From an uncultured Alphaproteobacteria bacterium (lineage in GTDB: Bacteria > Pseudomonadota > Alphaproteobacteria > ATCC43930 > CGMCC-115725), in assembly GCA_963729295.1 (NCBI GenBank), contig CAVSNJ010000028.1, positions 330,702 to 354,701 of the forward strand: a stretch of DNA of 24,000 nt. Reading direction: 5' to 3'. This document shows positions 16,632 to 23,148 of this stretch, piece by piece. Within the stretch, counting starts at the first letter, position 1. Every line of letters starts with the position of its first letter. The notes beneath the pieces are model-generated. The model was not told the origin of the DNA and made no database searches. It worked only from the letters and a program-made list of their open reading frames with translations. A program made the position numbers and the translations under genes.

Positions 16632-17101
16632 CCGAGGCCGAGCTGCAATTCGTGATCGAGCGGCTCGAAGCGCGCTACGCCGCCGCGATCGACGACGACC
16701 GGCTCGAGGAGTGGCCCGATTTCTTCGCCGCGACCTGCCGCTACCAGATCATCACGCGCGAGAATTACGAGAAGAAACTCCCGGTCGGCATCTTCTTCGC
16801 CAATTCGCGCGGCATGCTGATCGACCGCGTGCGCTCGCTGCGCGAGGCCAACATCTACGAGGCGCAGCGCTATCGCCACATCCTGTCGCCAACCTTGGTG
16901 CGGTGGCGCGAAGGCGATACGGTCGAGGCGCAGACGAACTACCAGGTGATCCGCACGACGCAGGAAGGCGCCATGGCGCTCTTCAGCACGGGGCGCTATC
17001 TCGACCGCATCCTGATCGGCGGCGAGGCGCCGCTTTTCACGGAAAAGCTCGTCGTCTGCGACAGCCGCCGCATCGACACGCTCCTTGCCATTCCGCTGTG
17101 A
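16628..17101 (+). CDS. Aromatic ring-hydroxylating oxygenase, beta subunit (NTF2-like fold), 157 aa
   Basis: The ATG overlaps the alpha-subunit stop (ATGA at 16628-16631). The sequence RLEARYAAAIDDDRLEEWPDFFAATCRYQI...ANIYEAQRYRHILS...GRYLDRI is typical of RHO beta subunits. It is buried in the 15815..17101 track ORF. Confidence 0.85.
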   Translation: MTEAELQFVIERLEARYAAAIDDDRLEEWPDFFAATCRYQIITRENYEKKLPVGIFFANSRGMLIDRVRSLREANIYEAQRYRHILSPTLVRWREGDTVEAQTNYQVIRTTQEGAMALFSTGRYLDRILIGGEAPLFTEKLVVCDSRRIDTLLAIPL

Positions 17102-17139
17102 ATTCGTTGCGCCTGCGCGCGGGAATCGACTACCATAGG

Positions 17140-17197
17140 CCCTGAAACTGTCCGCAGCGCGGACGGAACGCCGGCCGAGACCGGCGCGATTTCAGGG
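17140..17197 (+). promoter_or_regulatory. Predicted three-way-junction RNA/DNA structure abutting the SD of the first TRAP SBP gene
   Basis: The outer stem is CCCTGAAA (17140-17147) / TTTCAGGG (17190-17197). It encloses hairpin A (CTGTCCGC-agc-GCGGACGG, 17148-17166) and hairpin B (CGCCGG-ccgaga-CCGGCG, 17169-17186). The 3' outer arm runs into the G-run SD upstream of the ATG at 17208. Confidence 0.35.
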
Positions 17198-17207
17198 GGG
17201 GCGAGCA

Positions 17208-18218
17208 ATGCGTATCGGAAAACTCGTATGCTGCGCGGCCGTTCTTGCGCTTGCGCTTTCGGTCGTCGCTGGGGCGCGCGCCGACGATAAATCCTTCGTG
17301 ATGAAGATCACGCTGCCGACGCTCAACGACGCGCCGCACATCTTCGCCAAGAACCTCGCCGCGCGCGTCGAGAAGGATTCGGGCGGCCGCATCAGGGCCG
17401 AGGTCTATCCGGCGAGCCAGCTCGGCTCGATCCCGCGGCAGATCGAGGGCGTGCAGTTTGGCTCGATCCAATGCATCATCGTGCCGCCGGAATTCATGGT
17501 CGGCATCGACGACCGCTACCAGCTCATGGCAGCGCCCGGCCTCGTCGAATCGATGGCGCAGGCGCAGCGTCTCACCGACGATCCGGAGGTGCGGAAGCTG
17601 TTGTTCGGGCTCGGCACCGGCAAGGGCTTGCACGGCACCGGCCTGTTCGTGGCGCTGCCGTCCGCCATCATCTCGCGCACGCCGATCCGCCACCTCGCCG
17701 ATTTCAAGGGCAAGAAGATCCGCATCTTCGCCTCCGACTTCCAGTCGGTCGCGTTCGACCGGCTCGGCGCCACGCCGGTGGCGATGACGCTGGCCGACGT
17801 GCTCCCGGCGATCCAGCAAGGCGCGATTGACGGCGCCATCGCCGGCATGCCGGTCTTCACCGCCATGCAATACCAGGACGCGGCGAAATACGTCACGGAG
17901 ACGGGCCAGCCCTACATCTTCCTGCTCGTCGCGCTCAGCGAGAAATGGCGCGCCACGCTCCCGCCCGATTTGCAGCAGGTGGTCGAGCACGCGGTCACCG
18001 TCGAAGCCGAGGCGATCAAGCCGGTCGCGCTCAAGGTGTGGGCTCAATCGCAACAGGACTGGGTCGCCCGCGGCGGCGAGCGCATCGAGCTCCCGGCCGA
18101 CGAGCAGGCGGCGATGATGGAGACGCTCGGCTCGGTCGCCCAGGACGTATCGAGCAAGAAGCCCGAGCTTGCCGCCGCCTATAAGATCGTCTCGGACGCA
18201 GCCAAGCGCGACAAATAG
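17208..18218 (+). CDS. TRAP transporter substrate-binding protein (DctP family), copy 1
   Basis: It has a Sec signal peptide (MRIGKLVCCAAVLALALSVVAGARA/DD). DctP-type blocks are present (VYPASQLGSIPRQIEGVQFGSI, SRTPIRHLADFKGKKIR with the carboxylate-binding Arg region, FDRLGATPVAM). Confidence 0.82.
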   Translation: MRIGKLVCCAAVLALALSVVAGARADDKSFVMKITLPTLNDAPHIFAKNLAARVEKDSGGRIRAEVYPASQLGSIPRQIEGVQFGSIQCIIVPPEFMVGIDDRYQLMAAPGLVESMAQAQRLTDDPEVRKLLFGLGTGKGLHGTGLFVALPSAIISRTPIRHLADFKGKKIRIFASDFQSVAFDRLGATPVAMTLADVLPAIQQGAIDGAIAGMPVFTAMQYQDAAKYVTETGQPYIFLLVALSEKWRATLPPDLQQVVEHAVTVEAEAIKPVALKVWAQSQQDWVARGGERIELPADEQAAMMETLGSVAQDVSSKKPELAAAYKIVSDAAKRDK

Positions 18219-18230
18219 AGGGGGACCCAC

Positions 18231-19238
18231 ATGTCATTCCGCACCGCGACGACGGCATCGGTTTTTGCGCTCGCGGCCGCGCTCGCCGCGGCGCCGGCGC
18301 GCGCCGACGACCAGTACGTGATGAAGATCACGCTGCCGACCATCCACGAGACCAACTGGGAGGCCGCCACCGAATATGCCGCGCGCGTCGAGAAGGATTC
18401 GGGCGGCCGCATCAAGACCGAGGTCTATCCGGCGAGCCAACTCGGCTCGATCCCGCGTCAGATCGAGGGCGTGCAGTTCGGCTCGATCCAGTGCGCCTTC
18501 ATCCCGCCCGAATTCTTCGTCGGCGTCGACGACCGGTTCCAGGTCATGGCGGCGCCCGGCCTCGTCGCCACGATGGATCAGGCGCAGAAGGTCGCCCAGG
18601 ATCCCGAGGTGAAGAAGCTCATGCTCGGGCTTGGCGCGAACAAGGGCCTCTATGGCGCCGGGATGTTCGCGGCAACGCCATCCTTCCTCGATTCGAGGAC
18701 GCCGATCCGGCACCTCGCCGACTTCAAGGGCAAGAAGATCCGCGTCCTTGCCTCGGATTTCCAGATGAAGGCGTTCGATCGTCTGGGCGCGACGCCGGTG
18801 GCGATGAGCCTCGGCGACGCGCTTCCGGCGCTGCAACAGGGCGCGATCGACGCTTCGCTGTCGGGCCTCACCGTCTTCACCACCATGTCGTATCAGGACG
18901 CCGCCAAGTACATCACGGCAGTGCGGCAGCCCTTTATTTTCATCGTCATCGAGCTCAGCGCCAAATGGCGCGCGTCGCTGCCGCCCGATTTGCAGAAGGT
19001 GGTGGACCAGGCGGCGGCCGAAGAGTCGGTCGCGATCCAAGGCTACGCGCTCAAGGATCTCGCGAGTGGCACCAAGACCTGGACCGACAACGGCGGCGAG
19101 ATGATCGAGCTGCCGGCGGACGAGCAGGCGTCGATGATGGAAAGCATGGGCAGCGTCGCCGAGGACGTTTCCAAGAGCAACCCTGCGCTCGCCGCGGCCT
19201 ACAAGATCGTGTCCGACGCGGCCAAGCGCGACAGGTAG
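18231..19238 (+). CDS. TRAP transporter substrate-binding protein (DctP family), copy 2 (tandem paralogue)
   Basis: The signal peptide ends APARA/DD and GAGGGGG lies upstream of the ATG. It is roughly two-thirds identical to copy 1 by eye, with an identical C-terminus AAAYKIVSDAAKRD. The N-terminal ligand-pocket region differs (TLPTIHETNWEAATEY versus TLPTLNDAPHIFAKNL). Confidence 0.82.
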   Translation: MSFRTATTASVFALAAALAAAPARADDQYVMKITLPTIHETNWEAATEYAARVEKDSGGRIKTEVYPASQLGSIPRQIEGVQFGSIQCAFIPPEFFVGVDDRFQVMAAPGLVATMDQAQKVAQDPEVKKLMLGLGANKGLYGAGMFAATPSFLDSRTPIRHLADFKGKKIRVLASDFQMKAFDRLGATPVAMSLGDALPALQQGAIDASLSGLTVFTTMSYQDAAKYITAVRQPFIFIVIELSAKWRASLPPDLQKVVDQAAAEESVAIQGYALKDLASGTKTWTDNGGEMIELPADEQASMMESMGSVAEDVSKSNPALAAAYKIVSDAAKRDR

Positions 19239-19248
19239 GCGTTCGCCT

Positions 19249-20376
19249 TCACGCGCGCTCGAGGATCGACAGGCCGCGCCAGCGATCGACGAGATAGATG
19301 AGGCCGCGCTTGTCGACATAGACGTCGTTCGAGCACACGCGCTTGCTGCTCTGCGTGTCCGGCACGTAGTGCGCGACCTCGCGGATCGCGTGCGGATTGG
19401 CGATGTCGATGACGCGCAAGCCTTGCGCGAACCAGGCGCACGGCACCTCGGTCCCCTCGATCGTCTCGACTGGCTGATGACAGCCGGTCATTTGCGGATT
19501 GCGCTTGCCTTCGATGCCGTCCACCTGGAACGAGCCGACCGGCACGGGCCGCGTCTCGTCGGTGATGTCCACCATCCAGATGAAGGCCGACATTTCCGGC
19601 GCCATCGCCTCGTCGAGCGGCAGCACGTCCTCGTCGGCGACGAGCGCATAGCGCCGGCCGTGCAAGGTCGGCTCGACCGGCACGACGGAGTGCGTCGGCC
19701 ACGGGAAGGGCGGGCTCCAGTCGAGCGAGGAAATGTATTTCGGGCGTGTCATGTCGGAAATGTCGAGGATGACGAAGCCGCCGTGCCAGTAGCTCGTATA
19801 GAGCCGGTCGCCGCGCCGGATCGGATGATGGCAGCGGTGCGCGTGGCCCTTCCAGCTTGGCACCTCGCCGCCGGCCTTCCACTGGCCCGGCATCCACCAG
19901 CGCCCCACTTCCTCGGGCTTGGCCGGGTCCTTCAGGTCGAGGATCATGACGATGTTGCCGACATAGCCCTCGATCTGCGGTGAGATGTAGGCATAGCGCC
20001 CGTCGAAGGTGAAGCGGTGGACGCCGTTGCCGTCGCATTCCCAATGACGGATCTGGCGCGGCTTCCTCGGGTTCGAGATGTCGTAGATGACGAGCCCGCC
20101 GCGGCCCGGCTTCTCGCCCGCGGGCGGGTGGCCGTGATGCTCGCGGTTCACCACCATGACGCCGTTCGAAGCGCGCACCTTGTGCGAATGGAGCCCCGGG
20201 GGTATCGCGATCTCGGCCACGATCTTCGGATGCTTCGGGTCCTCGACATCGACGATGGTCGTGCCGTTGGGCGCGTCGATATGGCCGATATAGGCGAAGC
20301 TGCCGTCGATCACGATCTGGCCGCCGCCGGCGCAATCGAGCCACGCGACTTCCTTGATGCCGGAAGCCTGAGCCAT
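19249..20376 (-). CDS. LVIVD-repeat beta-propeller protein (COG5276-like), no signal peptide, His/Cys-rich loops
   Basis: There are repeated blade motifs of the type hydrophobic-x-[IV]-x-D-[IV]-x-[DN]-P-x-x-P: TTIVDVEDPKHPK, GLVIYDISNPRKP, NIVMILDLKDPAKP, GFVILDISDMTRP, FIWMVDITDETRP, GLRVIDIANPHAI. A strong RBS GGGAGGAGAAGG precedes the ATG at 20376, which lies 13 nt after the ATPase stop. Confidence 0.7.
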   Translation of the reverse strand: MAQASGIKEVAWLDCAGGGQIVIDGSFAYIGHIDAPNGTTIVDVEDPKHPKIVAEIAIPPGLHSHKVRASNGVMVVNREHHGHPPAGEKPGRGGLVIYDISNPRKPRQIRHWECDGNGVHRFTFDGRYAYISPQIEGYVGNIVMILDLKDPAKPEEVGRWWMPGQWKAGGEVPSWKGHAHRCHHPIRRGDRLYTSYWHGGFVILDISDMTRPKYISSLDWSPPFPWPTHSVVPVEPTLHGRRYALVADEDVLPLDEAMAPEMSAFIWMVDITDETRPVPVGSFQVDGIEGKRNPQMTGCHQPVETIEGTEVPCAWFAQGLRVIDIANPHAIREVAHYVPDTQSSKRVCSNDVYVDKRGLIYLVDRWRGLSILERA

Positions 20377-20389
20377 ATCCTTCTCCTCC

Positions 20390-21178
20390 CTATTCGCGGA
20401 TCGACTGCGCCAGGATCGCCTCGTCGCGCACCACTTTCCACAAATGGTCGACTTTTTCGGCGAAGGCGGGCGTGTTGATGATGTCGGGGCCGGCGCCTTC
20501 CGGGCGCTCGATCTCGACGACCTCCTTGATGCGGCCTGGCCGCGCCGTCATCACCGCGACGCGGTCGGCGAGATAGACCGCCTCGCGCACGTCGTGCGTC
20601 ACGAACACCACGGTCTTGGGCTTGCGCCGCATGATGGCGAGAAGCTCCTCGTGCATCAGGCCGCGCGTCTGCGCGTCGAGCGCGCCGAACGGCTCGTCCA
20701 TCAGCAGGATCGCGGGATCGACAGCGAGCGTGCGCGCGATCGCCACGCGCTGCTTCATGCCGCCCGAAAGCTGCGAGGGGAAGCTGTCCTCGAAGCCGGA
20801 AAGATGCACGAGATCGACCAGCTCCTTGGCGCGGTGCTCGCGCTCGGCCTTGGCGATGCCGAGCTTCTCGAGGCCATAGAGGATGTTCTGCCGCACCGTC
20901 TTCCACGGGAACAGTGCGAAGTTCTGGAACACGACGCCGCGGTCGGGGCCGGGGCCGCCGATCGGCTTGCCGTCGACCAGGATCGCGCCCGCTTCGACCG
21001 GCAGGAAGCCGCCGAGCAGGTAAAGCAGCGTGCTCTTGCCGCAGCCCGAGGGGCCGAGCAACGCCATGAACTCGCGGTCCTTGACCGCGAGGGTCACATT
21101 CTCGAGCGCGAGCACCGGGCGGCGCCGCGGCGGCCGGTAGATGTGCCGCACGTCGCGAAAGACGATCCGGTCCGTCAT
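20390..21178 (-). CDS. ABC transporter ATP-binding protein, NitT/TauT (nitrate/sulfonate/taurine) family
   Basis: Walker A GPSGCGKST, signature LSGGMKQR, Walker B LLMDEPFGALD and H-loop VTHD are present. The family-typical VFQNFALFPWKTVRQNI is also present. GAGGAGG lies upstream of the ATG at 21178. Confidence 0.9.
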   Translation of the reverse strand: MTDRIVFRDVRHIYRPPRRRPVLALENVTLAVKDREFMALLGPSGCGKSTLLYLLGGFLPVEAGAILVDGKPIGGPGPDRGVVFQNFALFPWKTVRQNILYGLEKLGIAKAEREHRAKELVDLVHLSGFEDSFPSQLSGGMKQRVAIARTLAVDPAILLMDEPFGALDAQTRGLMHEELLAIMRRKPKTVVFVTHDVREAVYLADRVAVMTARPGRIKEVVEIERPEGAGPDIINTPAFAEKVDHLWKVVRDEAILAQSIRE

Positions 21179-21218
21179 GCCTCCTCAGCCTTGTTCTTAT
21201 TCATTAATCGGGACTATC

Positions 21219-21260
21219 CCGCAGATTTGCGGCAGGGGCGCCAATTGTCAACTTGCGGCA
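21219..21260 (-). promoter_or_regulatory. Candidate internal promoter/operator upstream of the ATPase-LVIVD pair
   Basis: This lies in an AT-richer 95-bp gap. There is a minus-strand TTGACA (21246-21251), a palindrome CCGCAGATTTGCGG (21219-21232) where a -10 would fall, and a direct repeat TTGCGGCA (21227-21234 and 21253-21260). No good -10 hexamer was found. Confidence 0.3.
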
Positions 21261-21273
21261 ATTTTAAGTCAGG

Positions 21274-22476
21274 TCAGATCCACCCCAGGTCCGTCTCAAG
21301 GCCGAAGAGATGCTGGCCGACGGTGCGGAAATGCGATTTCCGCCCCTGGAGCTGCTGCGCGACGGTGTGGATGTCGCGCCAGCGGCGCTCGAACGGGTTC
21401 GAGGTGAAAATGGCCGTCGTGCCGGCGGCGTCATAGGCGATGTCGGCCACGTCCTTCGCCTCGCGAATGGCGAAGGTCGAGGCGAGCCGGATCGCCATCC
21501 GCGCGTCGAGCGAGAGATCGTTGTGGCGGAGCGCCTCGCTCCACGCATCATCGACCGCGCCCATGAGAAAGGCCCGCGCGGCGCGGAGCCGCGCCTCGGC
21601 ATGGCCGAGCTCGTATTGCGTCGGCCCGTCGTCGCGCAAGGACGTGCGGAAGCCGCGCGGCGTCTTCTCGCGGGCGAGCGCGACGAAGCTGTCGACCAGG
21701 CTGCGCGCCACGCCCAGCGCCAGCGCACCGAAGCCCGAGGCGAACATGTTGTAGGCCGAAAGCGCATAGAGCGGCGTCGTAACGCGCCGCTCGCTCGGCT
21801 CGTCGATGCGCGCGACGGTAAAGTCCTCCGGCACGAACAGATCGGTGACGGTATAGCCGTCGCTGCCGGTGCCTTTGAGGCCCACGACCTGCCAGATATC
21901 ACGCATCTTCGCCTGCGCCGCCGGGAACAGCACGCGGCGCGTCACCTGCCGCCCGTCGCCGATGCGGCGCGGCGCGCCGTCCGCCTCGACGACCGCGCAA
22001 TCGCCGCCGAGCCAGTTCGCAATCCAGCAGCCGCTCGCAAAGGCGAAGCTGCCGGTGACGCGATAGCCGCCCTCGCACGCAACCGCGCGGGAGTCGGTGC
22101 TCGGACCCCAGGCCAGCACGGTGCCCGGATCGCGCCACATCTCGCGCGCGGCATGAAGCGGCAGGCGCGCCGCGATCATCGCCGTGACGGCGGTCTGGCC
22201 CAGGATCCAGGCCGGGCTCGCATCCACCTGCGCGATCGTCTCGATGACGCGGACATAGGTCGGCGGATCGAGCTCGGCGCCGCCCAGTTCCCGCGGCAGC
22301 AGCATGCGGAAGAGATCGGCCTCCTTCATCGCCGCGACGAGATTTTGCGGCAGGCGCCGCGTGCGCTCGATCTCGTCCGCCGCGCTTTCGATGAGCGGGC
22401 GCAGAGAGCGCGCGCGCGCCACGAAATCGGCCGGCGGCGCCTCGTTCGGACTTTCGCGGGGCGGGGGCGGTGTCAT
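21274..22476 (-). CDS. Acyl-CoA dehydrogenase-fold protein, type-2/flavin-dependent monooxygenase-like (HsaA/DszC/SfnB-like group)
   Basis: The N-terminal pattern IERTRRLPQNLVAAMKEADLFRMLLPRELGGAELD and the C-terminal ERRWRDIHTVAQQ are typical of the ACAD type-2 oxygenase branch. The start is uncertain (ATG 22476 or TTG 22512) because neither has a clear SD. Confidence 0.7.
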   Translation of the reverse strand: MTPPPPRESPNEAPPADFVARARSLRPLIESAADEIERTRRLPQNLVAAMKEADLFRMLLPRELGGAELDPPTYVRVIETIAQVDASPAWILGQTAVTAMIAARLPLHAAREMWRDPGTVLAWGPSTDSRAVACEGGYRVTGSFAFASGCWIANWLGGDCAVVEADGAPRRIGDGRQVTRRVLFPAAQAKMRDIWQVVGLKGTGSDGYTVTDLFVPEDFTVARIDEPSERRVTTPLYALSAYNMFASGFGALALGVARSLVDSFVALAREKTPRGFRTSLRDDGPTQYELGHAEARLRAARAFLMGAVDDAWSEALRHNDLSLDARMAIRLASTFAIREAKDVADIAYDAAGTTAIFTSNPFERRWRDIHTVAQQLQGRKSHFRTVGQHLFGLETDLGWI

Positions 22477-22527
22477 GGGACGGAAGCTATCGCGAAACCT
22501 TGGGCGCGCCAAGGCGGCGGCGGGTCG

Positions 22528-23145
22528 TCAGCCGCAATCGGTGCGCGCGCGCAGCAGCGCCGCCAGATGCTCGAGCGGCCCCTCGAGCGTCAGATGCAGG
22601 CCATGGAGCAGCAGCGCCAGCGCCACGAAACCCAGCGCCATCGGCTGCCACGCCATCGCCGGAAGCCGCCCAGTCTCGGCCGCGCGCGCGAACCAGGCGA
22701 CGCCGATGCCGCCGATCGCGAGGCCGAGCACGACCTCGCCGACGCTGTGCGCCGACACCAGCACACGGCTCACCGCGATGACGACGACGAGCAGCACGCT
22801 GGCAGCGAGAAGGAGGCGCGAGGTGCGCTGGTCGCGCTGCGCCGAGACGGCGAGCGCGCCGCCGGAATAGAACATGGCGCTGAGGCTCGTATGGCCGCTC
22901 GGGCTGCGCACGTCGAAGATGGAAAGCCAGTCGCCGCAAGCCATGATGCTGAGCTTCGCCAGGATCGTAAGCGCGATGCAGAGACCCACCGCCGAGGCCC
23001 AGGCAAAGGCGGCGGCGCGCGAGCGCAAATAGAGGAAATAGCACAGGAGGCCGAGCGAGGCCGGCAACAGCAGCGCCGCGTCGCCGAGGTCGGTGACGAG
23101 GTGCAGCAGGTGGAATTGCATCACGGCCAAGGTGCTGTCGGACAT
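22528..23145 (-). CDS. PAP2-superfamily (type 2 phosphatidic acid phosphatase-like) integral membrane protein
   Basis: There are about six hydrophobic segments. PAP2 motif C2 is SPSGHTS and motif C3 is SRVLVSAHSVGE (SR-X5-H-X3-E, with Asp replaced by Glu). The C1 KX6RP motif is not clearly present. Confidence 0.6.
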   Translation of the reverse strand: MSDSTLAVMQFHLLHLVTDLGDAALLLPASLGLLCYFLYLRSRAAAFAWASAVGLCIALTILAKLSIMACGDWLSIFDVRSPSGHTSLSAMFYSGGALAVSAQRDQRTSRLLLAASVLLVVVIAVSRVLVSAHSVGEVVLGLAIGGIGVAWFARAAETGRLPAMAWQPMALGFVALALLLHGLHLTLEGPLEHLAALLRARTDCG

Positions 23146-23148
23146 TTG

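Noticed and set aside
10452-20344. Shadow ORFs 10452..12233 (+), 13214..14263 (-), 14067..15266 (-), 15372..16415 (-), 17130..18230 (-), 18234..19319 (-), 19199..20344 (-)
   Set aside because: Each is antisense or out of frame to a gene with clear family motifs (ligase, OMPs, ANL-like, Rieske alpha, the TRAP SBPs, LVIVD). Each translates to low-complexity Arg/Gly/Ala/Asp-rich sequence.
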